A stretch of DNA of 64,000 bases, taken from NCBI GenBank assembly GCA_025201805.1, contig MU619350.1, positions 1 to 64,000 on the forward strand, read 5' to 3'. Below the pieces are notes generated by a model. It worked only from the letters and a program-made list of their open reading frames with translations. It was not told the origin of the DNA and did not search any database. This document shows, in pieces, positions 37,370-52,873 of this stretch; within the stretch, counting starts at the first letter, position 1, and every line of letters begins with the position of its first letter. The DNA is from Parasitella parasitica NRRL 2501 (lineage: Eukaryota; Fungi; Mucoromycota). A program made the position numbers and the translations under genes.

Positions 37370-40300
37370 TTCGTACCAGCGAAAGTAAGTTTGCAAAAAA
37401 GCGAAAGCTCTGCGTTGATTGAGCAGGAAATCAAGGGCCTTTTATAGCATAGCTACGGGTGGCACAAGATGTAGTACTGCTAAAACGAATGCCCTATTTA
37501 AGCATCATGAACCCCACATTTTTTTTCTGGTTTAAACCAATCAAGTCCATGGCGCATTTCGCTTGCTCCGGGTTTCTTTTAAAACTTTTTACCGTCCACA
37601 TGATGCAAAACTAGTTTTCCCGCCCTTCTCCAACCGAAGAAACGGGTAACACCACTGGCTGCTAACTGTGTATTGCTTGCGCAAGTAATGTATTATCTAT
37701 AAACCTTAAAGTGTCATCATCATCCGCTAGCATACATGTGTGTTTTTAGAGACAGAAATCGGTCCACATACGTTGCACTATTTGTTTAGAATGTGCATTA
37801 TTTACGCCATGACAAATGCGTGTAGAGAATACAATGTTTGAGACACTTTGGATGTTCCATTCGCCAAATGTATACATCATCTCTCTCTCTCTCTCTCTCT
37901 GCTACATGTCTCGTTACACCAACACTAATAAAATGTGTAAAAAATCGAGCTAATATCAGGATTGTTATAAATATAGCAGAGGCTTGGAAGACTAGAAAGA
38001 TAATCAGCATCATTGCTATCATGTGTGCATATCTCTTTACATCACCAATATGTCCATAAACATTGCATTTCCTGTCCCCTCATATTTCCTATTATGCAAA
38101 TCAATGCTGCATTTCTGATTTCAAATGTGCATTGCTCTTGGCTCAAACACACAATATACTTGCTCGTATACGTAGTATTTGTGACACACATGACATATTT
38201 AACCCTGCCTTTTGTTGTGAATTGATCTGATCTGTTGAGTTTTAAAGTCTCTTTTCATTATCATCATGGCAAAACAACCACTCCTCCCCCCCCCTTCTTT
38301 TTCAAAAGAGCCATAACACGAACACATTAAATTAGGCTTTGTGTTTAATTTCTTTGTACCTTTGTATATCTGAATCTATAGTCTCTGTGATGTGGCATCG
38401 CTCCGTCTCATAGGCTGATGATAAACTCTAAAAGACCCAATATTCTATAAGCAACACAAAGCGCAATTACATTGGGTCAAACCTTAGTACAAACCAAATT
38501 AAACCCAAATGTTAATTTGTCCAATCTAAGAAGTATCCATTCCGCTCTCTCGTCTGAAACGAGTACCAAATACGCTACGATATAGATGCTATATTTTGTG
38601 CTATATTGTTGTGTTAAAGAAAAAGTTTTAATTCGTCTTTTTAATAATACTTCTGCATCGTTGTCTATAACGTGGATGTCTTCAGACATCTCCTGATCTA
38701 TTAGCTGGCTAAATTAACAATAGTATGAAATAGAAAACGCTTTCCTCTCTTTAGCTACAATCACATTTTGAATGGGAGGTTCTGAAAAATAAAAATTTCA
38801 AATTCGTGATTCCTTTCTAGCTAAATCATGCACAGTATGCGTAGCTCCAACCTCCTATCCGCCAATTCTGTTTGTTGACTTCCGAGAGGTCGGCCTTACA
38901 CTTATGTCGTTACCGCCCTACTTTGAGATACTATTATACCATTTCAAGAACAATGCAGCGTGCAGTTTATTTTTGTAAGCGAACAGAAAACGTGCCAAAG
39001 ATGTCAATTTGTAAAGTAGCCGATTCCCCTCTTATCATTAATTTTGACACATGAACACTAGTTTGNNNNNNNNNNNNNNNNNNNNNNNNNNNNNNNNNNN
39101 AAAAAAAAAAAAAAAGAAAAAAAAAAGACAAATCAATTTGACATGGTCATAATATGTAAACAAAACACACATGTAGGAGCTTATCTGCCGTGCAGAAGAA
39201 TCAACAAAAAAAGGTAATTCTAACTTTTTAATACAGTGGCATACAAATGGGTCCAGCCCAACTGGTAAAAAGAAACGGCTTGTATATTTGAATTGTCATA
39301 TTTGCATCAATTTAGTTGCTGGCACTAACAAGATGATACCTCTTTCTGTAATCATCAATACCGGTAGCATTCTCTGCACCTGTTTCCGCAGTGTTTTATT
39401 TTGGAGTCTTTTTTATCTTTAGAAGTATACAATAGAAAACTGCGATTCCCCTGCCTAAGAAGAAAAAAAAAAAACTAGACATCAATGGTGGAATAACGCT
39501 TTTATGTAGCAGTATGAGCGGCTCGCCGAGCTACTATATATTCTAGTTTCTTTGTCTTTTTGACAAGGATCTTGCCTGACCGAAATTGGAAAACAAAGAG
39601 TCTACCAACACTGATCTGACCACTACCATCTCTCTAATCGCTTTAAGTCTACATAAAAAAAGACTTGATATTCTTATGGATCGTGGAGGGGGTTTTTTTT
39701 TGTCAAATAGTCATTTTTTCATTGTTTTACTATTTTAATGTATTGGCTTGTTAGCTGTATTATAAGCTTCAAAAATTGAGGGCCTTCATGACCAAACTAA
39801 CCTGTCAAAGCTGTCGAAGAGTTTAACAAAGCAACTCAAGACGTAAAAAAAAACGCTTGCTCGCATAAATTTAAGTGTCTCATGGTTTAGAACGCTTTAC
39901 TTTTTGCTTTTTATGCTCAAGGCCGACTCAATTTGACGCTTGCTACTTGATGAAATCAACCTTCTTTGCTCAGATGTAATCTTTATAACCATAACCATCA
40001 AGTCCTGCTTCTAAAACTGGCTGCTCGTAGTTGATCTTCAAGACTGGGATCAAGATTGGAACGCATCATCTTGCTAGTCTTTCCCTTTTCAATTCTTTTC
40101 TTGCTTTCGTCACAGCAATTTGGTATGGCAAACAGGTTTAGTGATTTCTTGAAAGTAATCAAGTACATAGACTATGTCGGATTTCAATGTTGCCACCTGC
40201 ACCACTAGAAGTTGTTTAGCAGTTCAGCAATATTATATTAATCCCAACCTAAACTGTTAGAGTGGGTATGCTATTTTACTTCTGCGATTAGGCGATTCTC

Positions 40301-40604
40301 AGAGAAAAGAATTACAAAAAAGCATTATTGTATGCCATTCATGTAAAAAGGGAAGTTTACAATAGAAGAACTCATTCACATTATTATTTTATTACTATAA
40401 AAATAATCACTATTGTTGAAAAATAATTAAGACTATTGATTGTCAGATCGTTTAATTGAACTTGTTGATTCTATCTGCATAAAAAAAAAATACGTATAAA
40501 GTTATCAGCAGAAGAAAACAATGCTTTTCATATAAAAGCGCATTTAAAAGCATACATGGTTTGATACAGAGCAATATAATAAAAAATGTTTTACGCTTGA
40601 TCAA

Positions 40605-41410
40605 TACCTTCATGATCTAGGCTTTCTGAGAATAACCTGATTTCCAGTGGGCCATAATTTCGATCGTGAATAATGCCACATATTTTTGCTCATAACTTCT
40701 GCTAAAATGATTGTAGAAACACAACCTAACTTGGAAAACTTAGCGTCAGCTTAGCGCTATCTGGCAACAACATTTGCATCTAAGTTTTTATTGCTACCTA
40801 TCAATTTATCAGAAGTTATCAAAAATTTTCACATAAGAATAGCATACCACAGATATAATCTGCCATAAATTTAGCCATAAATTTAAGATAAGAATACCGG
40901 CCTTTGCCAACTAATTCTGGAAGTTGAATCTCATGCCAATTCCAATGTTGATATAAAAAGACTTTAAGAAACCAGAGCCAGAGCAATCCTGGCTTCCTTT
41001 TTCAAAAATTAATAAAGGCCCTACTGCGTTCTCCGTGATATAATTGCTTGTAGTCTCTTAAATTAATTGCCTTTGGGAAGAATTGTTATTCATATCGTAA
41101 TAACTCTCAAGGAGACCATGATAATGTATGTCCAATGATGTGTTGTTATGCTTGTCGAAACAGGAGTAGAATAAAGTCTGTTTCAAATCAAGAATATTTC
41201 AGCTTATCTGTAACACATGTTCATGTTATTGACAAATATTGTGAGGTACTATCAAATCAAAGACGAGTGGCCTTGTAGTATAATATTCCATTGTGCCCTG
41301 TCATGAATATGATGTTACCTATGCAAATTACTCTTACCGATTAGTATTTAAATAAGTCACCAAAAATCTATGTAGCTGTGAAAAAAAAAAGTATAATAAA
41401 TAGCAGATGC
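40605..41410. repeat. Old dispersed repeat related to 2270-2910 and 12835-13165
   Basis: 40605-40845 resembles the reverse complement of 2270-2545; 40850-41410 (minus the LTR) resembles 2570-2910 directly. Confidence 0.75.
40895..41109 (+). mobile_element. Diverged solo LTR family A
   Basis: CCAGAGCAATCCTGGCTTCCTTTT..GTTCTCCGTGATATAAT..TAACTCTCA; eroded 5' end and TSD (AAGAA/AGGAG). Confidence 0.8.
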
Positions 41411-41924
41411 AAAACTGTATCTTTAAATGAAGTAACCTCAAGTTCTCGTATCTCGTTAATGCAATGTTTTCTTTTTTAAGCTTTTCTGATTTTCGATCTT
41501 GCAGATCCCAACAAATTGCATGTAATCGCTGATAGGCTATGATAAAAATAAAAATAAAGCCTATTTTATTTCTTATGATAGTGAATATATGGAAGTTTAA
41601 TACAAACTATACAATCTTTTGAGATAAAAGAAAACAGCAGTATGATAATATATGAATTTACAGATCATTTTGATTGACATCAATGGCATCTCCAAGAAGT
41701 TTTTGCGCGTTTTGCGCTTTGGTCATGCGTAAAATATTGGCTATGTGACAAATGAATCTTGACCAGTTGAAAAAAAATTTGTTTTCCTTGTTTTTAATTA
41801 GGAAATGAGCACTTTGTTCCCTGATTGACACATTCACAAACTTTTTCGGAAAGAGTGTACTGTTGGGTTCATTTTGAAAAAGTATGTGATAAGATATGCT
41901 TAACATAAACATACGTAATCAGAA

Positions 41925-42170
41925 ATAGATTATCATTAGTGGAAAAGAGTGAAAAGAACCAGAGAAATAACATTGCGTATTGATAATGGGTCGATTAACA
42001 ATATTTATATACTATTCGAACTGAGGAAATTGTGAAGATAAGGTGTTAGGTGATAAGGTCTGGGTAAGCATGACAATAATTATATCTAGCGCGAACATGT
42101 CATGCTTGTGCGTTCGTGATCTGATCTGCAACGGATCGAGTCTTTATTTTACATCACGAAAAAATATGCG
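41925..42170 (-). repeat. Highly diverged LTR family B-like remnant
   Basis: TTTATATACT..GAACTGAGG..TGTGAAGATAA blocks shared with 5030-5090. Confidence 0.4.
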
Positions 42171-42569
42171 TTTATGTAAGAAAGTTTCTCGGAACATTGA
42201 ATTGGAAATGTAGTAATATCTGATTATGTCTTGGCAATAAAACAAGATTTACATAAACTANNNNNNNNNNAAAAAAAAAAAAAAAAGCACAATATCACAT
42301 CTAATGACGTGCAAAGAACCATATCGAAGTGTTCTTCGAGCTATATGTATTGGACTTTTTTCTTGTGGATGCAGGCTAATGCTTTTCGAATATTTCAGTT
42401 GTAGGGTATGTGGTATTTTATTCCAGTCCTTTCTTTTTTTAAAAAAAATGTGCGTAAAATAAGAATATAAGGTCATATCGAAGAGGCAGGTGCAATTGAG
42501 ATATAAAATAAAGATATGATAAAATAATTCAGATGTTTGGACAAAAACAAGCTAATGATTACCAAAAAA

Positions 42570-42950
42570 TTATATACAGTAAGCTAAAACCAATTTCAGT
42601 TAGCACGCACGCACTACAAGAGGGAGTGCCGCTGATCTTTCCCAATGGTTTGATGAATATTGGATCGGATAGTGGCCAATATCGCTGTAGGCTGTATGGG
42701 TGTTTTATTGAAAATAAACCTCATATGTCCAAGCCATATTTGAGAGAGTATGATAATGAAAATTCGATATGTTGGAAAAATCCTAGGGACAGAAGAGACT
42801 CTTTGATAACGTCTATAAAAGTAGTAGGCCATAGGAACTCAAATATAATGCCCTGCCAGATTTTCTCTTTTGATGGACAATCGAAGAGAAGATGACTGGG
42901 AGAATCGTTCTTGAGCAAGAAAGCTAGACAGAGAGGAATTCCAGCCCATA
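42570..42950 (-). mobile_element. 3' fragment of an L1/Tx1-like non-LTR retrotransposon (zf-RVT region)
   Basis: DSPSHLLFDCPSKEKIWQGIIFEFLWP resembles the C-terminal zinc knuckle of L1-type ORF2. Confidence 0.65.
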
Positions 42951-43330
42951 ATGATAGTTTTCATGGAAACACATCAAATTAACTTGTCAGTATCAATAAT
43001 TAATATACAGCACAATATCGTAAGTATATGCATGAATTTTCTTATGCACCGCATCTTTGATTTAGATCTTTATGATTATTCAGTAGTACATAAAAATATA
43101 GATATTTCTCTGTCCACTCTTCCACTGATCACAGTAACCACAAGATTAAATTTATGTTACAATACTAGCCATAACCTTAAACGACATAAATTCCCATTAA
43201 ATTGAATTAGGGTTATTTCGCACCCACTTTTTAAAATGCCTAAATCTCAAAACTAATGTGTCAGTTCAATTCCCATAGACGAGCAGGTGTGTGCATAAAG
43301 AGTTTATTTTAACAAAAATATAAAAAAAAT

Positions 43331-44107
43331 TCAAGCAAACTATAATATCACAGAAGAATTAGACACTTTTGTTTCGCTTCTTCTCTCTTTTTACATTACC
43401 TGAGCCAAATAACTTTCGGCGACATTTCTTGCGCGAGTATTTACACTCAATTTCATTTCAGAGATCTCTTTGTCAACTTCCTCCATGAAATGAACGATGA
43501 AATCAACCAGCTTGTGTTTGTACATTTGTTCGGTATGGTTGTTTGTGATTAAGAAAGAGATATCATATCCCTAGTTGAGACGTTCAGATAATCGAATGCA
43601 TTCTTTTTTTTTTTTTTTTTTTTTTTTGGCAAAGACTACTTACGTCCACTGGCTTTCTACGTAAAATAACAAAGTTCTCAGCTCTCATCATCAAAAAACG
43701 AGAAAATTTATGGCACAATATATGTTCGAGGTCATCGGCTTGCTTAATCTTGATGCTTACACGAACAGAGTTGACTGAAGGTTCAACGAGTACTTTTTCA
43801 TTTTCGTTACGGCTGATAACTAGAGGGTTCATCAACAATTCTTTGGATTTCCTAATGCATTTCTACGTATTAGATGTGTTGCTTAACTGCTGCAACAATG
43901 CATTTACCCTGACTCAATTTCGGGTGTGTTGTGTCTTTCTGCTACTTGAGAAGAAAAGTTCTCCAAGCATAGAGCAGCCGTCAGAGTTGAGCGAACGGCT
44001 GTAAGATATGGACGAAGCGTATTAGACTAAATTAAATAAATAAACATCGCGTTATTTTCTTCCATTTGTTTCTAATATTCTTCGGTTTATATTGTAATAT
44101 TTACCAT
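43331..44107 (-). CDS. ARPC4: Arp2/3 complex subunit 4 (p20/Arc19), multi-exon, first exon only ATG
   Basis: [79 protein letters not shown]|[24 protein letters not shown]. Confidence 0.97.
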
Positions 44108-44697
44108 AACGTTGGACTGAAGAAGAAAAAGGGAATAAGTTTTACAACCTCTGAACTTTCGTCACTTGTTGCACACACACACATAATGATTTACTCGGCG
44201 TTTTAAGATCAGTGTTTACTATATCAATCTTATCTAAAAGATAGCATCGGTATGTAGGCAACATTTGATGTATTTTAGACATGATTCAATAATAAAAAAT
44301 GATTCGTTTATCCAGTACAAGTTATGTAAACATATTTTAAATATAAGTCTAGTATACATATAGGAAATATATATACGCATACGATGTAGATTTCATTGAT
44401 TTCGAAAATAAACAGAATCTGTTGTGTGGTTTTGCTTTGCAGAAAGGAAGAATGTAAAGAGTAGCGCACGTTCTTCATTTTACCGAAAGCAATTGAATGC
44501 AATTTTATATCCATACAGAAAATATTTTCGCTTTTGTTGTTATTAATGTTGCAATTATAACCATGCTATCATGTTGTCAGACATTATGCTGTTGTCAAAT
44601 TCCTAGTATTATATACAATTCATATAAAAAGAACCAATTTTTACACCTATTTGCTTTTTACAAAACTAATCATTATCACAGCAATATAACACAAAAA

Positions 44698-45975
44698 ATG
44701 CGTTTCTCTCTTGCCATCATCTCCTCTGTTGTGTTAGCCCAAGCTGCTTATGCCTCATCCTCTGAATCAGCATCTGCCTCGTATGCCTCGTATGCCTCTG
44801 CATCAGTATCAGCATCTGCACTCGCTGAGCCCTCGTCTGCCAGTATTGTTGATACCCTTGAAAAGCGTAATTTGTTTGATTACATCAAAAAGGTAATTTT
44901 TGCTGATGAAGAGAGCTCTGCTGAAGCTGCTTCTGCGTCTGCTTTTGCTTCTGAATCAGTTGCTGCTGATGCCTACTATCTCGCTGTCCCTTCAGCCTCT
45001 GCCTCTGCCTCGGCTGCCGCTCCTTCTCTTCACAAGCGTAATGGCAACATGCAAGACATCCTCGCTTCCATTGAAGATTATTCCCTTGGAGCTGATGCTG
45101 TTCCTTCAGCCTCTGCTTCTGCTTCTGCCTCTGCCTCTGCATTGGCTTCGGAAGCTCCATCCTTCAAATGGAGAAACCGTGCTGCTGCTCGTGTCAGTGC
45201 TCAAAGTGCATCTCGTTTGGCCTCTGTCTCTGTCTCTGCCTCTGCCAAAGCTACTCCCTTGGTTAAATACAACAACTACTACAAGCGTTCTGTAAATGAG
45301 GTCGAAAGCGCCTCAGCTTTAGCCTCAGCCTCAGCTGATGCCTTAGATCTTCTCTTCGAAGCTGCTGCTTCTGCATCAGAAGATGCTTCTGCCTCTTTTG
45401 CTTCTGTTCCCGCTTTGCAAAGTGCATCTGCCTCCGAAGCATACGTCCCTGTTTACATGAAGCGTGATGATGCTGATTTCTCTGTCTCTGCTGCCAGTGG
45501 ATCTGCTTCTGTTTCTGCTGCAGAGCCCTCTGCCTCCGCATCCGCCTCAGCTTCTGTTGTTGTCCAGGAAGAGATGATCTACATGGTCAACAACTTCAAG
45601 CGTGAAGAAAGTTCAGCCTCTGTTGTCGATCCTGAGGTCGATTCTGCTTCCGCTTCTGCGTCTGCGTCTGCTTCTGCTTCTGTTGCTTTCAAAGCTGCTG
45701 CTGTCATGGCCTCTGCTTCTGCCTCTATTGTCGAGCCTGCTGCTGAATCCAACTTTGCTGCTGATGCCATCGTTGCCGACGTTCAATCACAAATCGAAGC
45801 CATTATGGAACAAGACGAAGCCTCTGCTATCGATGAAATCATAGAAGCCGACAAAGCAATTGATGCCCCTATTGTCGAAGACCAAGTGGCTGAGAATGAT
45901 GCTGACAACTTTTGGATCGCTGACGCTCAAGCCGAAGCTCAATTCAAGGGCTACGACTGGAAAGAAACCAACTAG
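44698..45975 (+). CDS. Secreted Ser/Ala-rich repeat protein with multiple Kex2-type KR sites (425 aa)
   Basis: Signal peptide MRFSLAIISSVVLAQAAYA; (SA)n tracts; LEKR, LHKR, YYKR, YMKR, NFKR; strong codon bias; intronless. Confidence 0.85.
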   Translation: MRFSLAIISSVVLAQAAYASSSESASASYASYASASVSASALAEPSSASIVDTLEKRNLFDYIKKVIFADEESSAEAASASAFASESVAADAYYLAVPSASASASAAAPSLHKRNGNMQDILASIEDYSLGADAVPSASASASASASALASEAPSFKWRNRAAARVSAQSASRLASVSVSASAKATPLVKYNNYYKRSVNEVESASALASASADALDLLFEAAASASEDASASFASVPALQSASASEAYVPVYMKRDDADFSVSAASGSASVSAAEPSASASASASVVVQEEMIYMVNNFKREESSASVVDPEVDSASASASASASASVAFKAAAVMASASASIVEPAAESNFAADAIVADVQSQIEAIMEQDEASAIDEIIEADKAIDAPIVEDQVAENDADNFWIADAQAEAQFKGYDWKETN

Positions 45976-46157
45976 AGATTTTTTTTTATAATACAGCTTA
46001 GATTTTTTTTTTAATTATAATTTACACGAATGCCTCCACTTTTTTTTTTGTTACAAAAAATTTACCCATCATTAAATTCAACCAAAATACATACAACATT
46101 CTCTTTTATCTCAATTTCTTCATTTTTATTAAAATATACTAGTTTATCTCAAAGTTT

Positions 46158-46875
46158 TCATGTGGATGATGCTTGCTGAAAGCCATCCAGAATCGTTTTC
46201 ATGGGAAAGTACCGCTTGTCAGGCACACGGTGTTTAAACACGATGTTTAAATTGCAGTCAATGATAACAACAGATCGATTCATTTCCAATGTTACCAAAT
46301 TTAATGATTCAAATGCTGTTGAAATTAATCTGTCCGCATTATCGCTTGCTAATATGAATTTTGGTTCAAAATGTAAGCTTTGTGAAGTAAAATTGGGCGT
46401 GGCATAGGCTGCATGGATTTGCGCTCGGTCTTGAGTCATGGCAATAGGTATAGCACCGAGTTTTATGAAATAATCATAATGTTCTCTATTCAAGACGATT
46501 AGCCGCGAGCATTTGAGTTTTATGTGCACACTTTTACTGTATGTGGGCCAAATCAATTTTTGATTGATGTGTGCTGGGGATTAAATTTATCATAGATGGT
46601 GAGTATATCTAGAAATGGGCACTGAACACTCTCACTTACAAATCGTACCCGCAGAAGAATAAGACTACATATTGTCCTGCCTGAAATGCATCAGATAGCT
46701 GGAACTGCATTACTTGGCCCTGGTAGAAAATCAAACATTGAAAATTATGCGCACCTGGCTTGCTTCTGTTGGCGATTTTTAATTTGGAGTTTACTTCCTC
46801 GCTCAAAGCGCCGAGTTCGTCCACACACACTCGATATCTCTTCAATGAACTACGATTAGCACCCAATTGTTGCAT
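46158..46875 (-). CDS. AhpC/TSA peroxiredoxin-fold protein lacking the peroxidatic Cys
   Basis: Spliced AHNFQ..FQLSD..GQYVVLFFCGYDF|THQSKIDLAHIQ|EHYDYFIKLG..FILASD..ISTAF..RSVVIID, collinear with typical 2-Cys Prx. Confidence 0.7.
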
Positions 46876-46970
46876 TTTATATTAATAAGAAGAATAAGAA
46901 GAAAGAAAGAAAGAAAAAGAGGTCTGTTTTATTGTGAGTTCTTTTTGCATAAAAGTGTGTACTGTGTTAC

Positions 46971-47400
46971 ATGTTGGAAAAGTTCTCACATCATTTTATC
47001 ACATTAGTCCAGCAGGACGATATATTCATCCTCTACTTCAAGGAAAACGACATTGTCAGGGGAGCAGAGAAGCTGCTTTCACCTTTCCAGCTGTTTGATG
47101 GAACGATCGGTCGTCTTGGGAACAGCCTTGTTTTTCCTAAAAAAAAAGAACTAAAAACTAATGATATTTATGAAGTTTGCTGGCTAAAGACATACAGCAT
47201 GAAATCGTCGTCCAAATCGAAGATATGCAATCATATGCCTGTAAAGACCTCCAATAAAAACCAAACAGCTTGCAAGCACATGCATTTGTTGAAACGTTGG
47301 TGAAGAGACCTCATCGTATATGAAGATAAAAATGTTCTACAGCCAAACCACAAGGGTCAGCAAGTGTAAGCTTTCTTCAATAATACCTACACTTATACCT
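46971..47400 (+). pseudogene. Possible MULE/SWIM zinc-finger transposase remnant
   Basis: Frameshifted HEIVV..MQSYACKDL..NQTACKHMHLLKR resembles the SWIM CxC..CxH motif. Confidence 0.4.
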
Positions 47401-47702
47401 TACTGTGCAAAGAATGCCGCAAAGATACTGCTTTTAGCAATGTTCCTCCGCACCAAACTGCTCATACCAGGATAGACAGCTTAATAATCAACACCTCATC
47501 TGTTGTAAATACTTTCATGTTTGACAACAATATCTACACTTGAAAATGGAGATCAAATCCAGGTATTAGAAAGAGCTAACAAGCGTATTTTCAGCTATTA
47601 CTGATACAGCTCTGAACAGTAATCTCACCACACGAAGACAAGCCATTAAATAAAAATAAAATATATTTGTATAAATATAAACGTTATCGAATGATACAAT
47701 AT

Positions 47703-49874
47703 TCAAGTTCGTCTTATTTTGGAAGGAAATAAGAAAATTACATCTTCGTCTTCATCTAATTTTCGCTTTCTCTCGTCGGATTCACTCTTTTCTTCTACAG
47801 GTTTGGGAATCGCATTCATCAGTTTTAAATTATCATCGTGGTCCTCGTTTGTATCGCTACAGAATAAAAAAAAAAATCAGCGTTTGCGTCTAGTCATCCG
47901 TCTATTTCAGACTTACAATGCTTCCAAAACAAGATCCACGTCTTTGTTGCCAGCATCCTGAGTAACACGTAGAATCGTACCCGGTTTCAAGCTAATGTCG
48001 CTCAATGTCGAGTCAACACTTTCATCGAATTCAATGTCGTAAATCATGCGGCTGCCCTCCATAATAGCCACTTCATCCTCAACCATACCAGCTCCGCCCT
48101 GCTCCTGAGGCAGTAAAATGACCTTTTGTATAATATCCTTCAATGTAGTCTTGTCAAAGTCAACTTTTACTGTTGCACTTCTTGATCTGCAAACATTGCA
48201 ATTCGGATTAGGTTCCCCATTTGCTTCTTGCACTAATCGAGGCCCGGTTGTCAGGTATGTTCTAGTGTTGTTTTTGATATTTCCACGCAGAATTCCGTAC
48301 GCTTTTATGATGACGATGCCTGCAATAACCGCATTGGTGGTTGCAATAGCTGGGATGATATTTCCAGCCATGGCTATACACAGTCAACCCTTCAGTCAGA
48401 CAACCGATAATTATGTTGTGCCAACGGACTTACATTTGACATCAAACAGGCTTTTGGTTGGAATATGGAATGCATGACTTCTCAGGTTAGATGCTGCTGT
48501 GACAAAATCCATGGCATCTTCGTCGTCCTTATCAAAGGATAAGATGGCGTCTGGCTGTGTACATTTCTCCTCTAGATAGCGTGTAGCTAATCGAATGGCA
48601 CTGTCCTTGAACATTTCGAAATTCTCTTTCAATGTCCAAACTTTTTGATCAGCAAGTCCTTGCGTCGACGTTTCTGCTGCTGATACCTCGCTTTCTAGTG
48701 TATCGTAGTCCAGTGGCGCAGGCGCTTTTCGACTTTTCCACATGGATTCCATGGACAAAAGCCGCTCGATGTCCGATTTGTAGACCTTGTTGAATACGAT
48801 TTTGGCATAATCCGCTGATCCAACGGCTTCTTTGATTAGTTTTAGTTCGGCAGTTTCTCTTGACAAAGCTTCTAGCTCCATAGCTAGTAAAGTGTTAGAT
48901 CTTGCAGCTTTACGTTTGGCATTTATTTATCTTACCATTTTCCTCAGAGATGTCTGCTTCAAGAGCCTCTTCATCTTCAGAATTGCCAAACAATTGACTA
49001 GCATGTCATGTTAGAGAAATTGCACATTTTTTCGTCAACTTTCCCCACCTGAATAAGAAGCTCTTTGCCCAAACAATGCAATGAATGGGCGCACTGGGTG
49101 TGCTTCTAATGGTGCAAACTGGGTACGTAGTAGGTGTAGGCTTGGGCTGACAGTCAAAGCATTCAGTCTCGCCCTGTTCAAAACATGAGCAACACACATG
49201 TGGAAGATGTGAATCTACTACAAACCTTTTTAATGACATATGCTTGGCCAAGATAGCCTTGAGTACCGGATTCAACTAAAGGCACGTCTGCTGCCAGACA
49301 CATGGCATTGACATGTCGACGAGCATCTAATATTCAGTTAGGGAAGCTGATTTTTTTGCTCACTCTGTTCCGCTTGACTAACCCAAGTTATCCAACGCGT
49401 TGAGAACCATTGTGAACTGCTTGAACCATTGGATGTTGTATTGGCTCTCCTTAATGTTGCCTTGGAGAGATTCAATCTTGGCTGATGGGTTGAATCTTTT
49501 TGCCGATTCCTTGGCAACCTACATGTCAATCGACTTAGTATCAGGTCTTGTTTTTTTTGCTGATGCAATTATACATGTGCTTTTGCTTTCTTGACATGTT
49601 GACGCTGAAACAAAAACTGACGATTCAAGTTGGAGATATCAATAGTGTCCAAATCAATCTGGTGCAAGCGTGAGTGTTGGCATCTTTCAGAGTAGAGCAT
49701 AGCACATTAAGTGATTACCACAACAATATCATTGAAGCCTGACATGACCAGGTCTTTCAGCAGCTCACATCCAATGCCACCGGCACCGACTAAAAGAACC
49801 TTGCTGTCTGCAACCTTGGCATACAATTCCTTTCCGAGAACTCGAATATTGTATGCTTCTCTGCTACCTGCCAT
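47703..49874 (-). CDS. UBA2: SUMO-activating enzyme subunit 2, multi-exon
   Basis: [99 protein letters not shown]. Confidence 0.95.
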
Positions 49875-50363
49875 AATGGGTTGGATTTTGCAAGTTGAAC
49901 AGAGCAACAGACAGTAAAGGCAAGACAACATTTCAAGCGCGTTGTACAGTCACGAAGGCAGGGCAGACTTGCAATGCATTTCACGCATGCAGCATCATCA
50001 AATACCGTACCAAAAGTTGCGACCTGAAAAGAAAGCTCTTCAGCTCGATCTCATCGATCTTACTCGGGAATTCCCCTCATTGTGCTGTTTAGAGGTTTCT
50101 GTAGCATGCTGCTATGACTCATGTCATTCAACATGTCATCAATGAAACACCGAAGATTGTGGGGCTATAATACAGTACTACAACGATAGATTCGCTTTGC
50201 TAGGCCCATAGTCACAGGCTAATCAACACGTTCTTTCAAATGAAAAAAAAAAAAAAAAAAAACCTACCCTTCTTCCTCTTCTTTCACATCAGAACCATTC
50301 AATTTTTTTTGTATATATTCACATAGATATAGGCATAGAAAGTTGGTTTAGAGGATCAGAATA

Positions 50364-52522
<2,159 letters not shown>

Positions 52523-52873
52523 CCTGATAGAGATGCTGTAGTATATTTAAATAAACGTTTTTTTATTATTATTATTATTATCATTATTATCCCCCCTCAT
52601 AACTTATAATATATACTATTTAGTTGGTCTTGCCCTGATGTTATCACTGACCAAAAAAGCTGGATACACAATGTGTGTTTTAATCAATGTAATCTATCAG
52701 CAAAGGTGATAGTCTATAGTGCTAATATCGAGATTTACGTAGTCGAATATCTCGCATTTAATCAGGTCAATGCGTGTTCCCAAATGATATCCCGCCTGCA
52801 GCTCTGTGTATAAAATGGGGCAAACCTCTATTTTTATTTTTATTTTTTTTTACAGCTTCAATACATTTCCATC

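Noticed and set aside
39560-40250. Coding-like remnant on the minus strand
   Set aside because: Multiple stops and no assignable motif.
44497-44697. N-terminal extension of the secreted protein
   Set aside because: AT-rich promoter-like DNA; the signal peptide and A-rich start context begin at 44698.
46971-47303. FHA-domain gene (IGR motif)
   Set aside because: No downstream SxxH or NG motifs; a SWIM-like remnant fits better.
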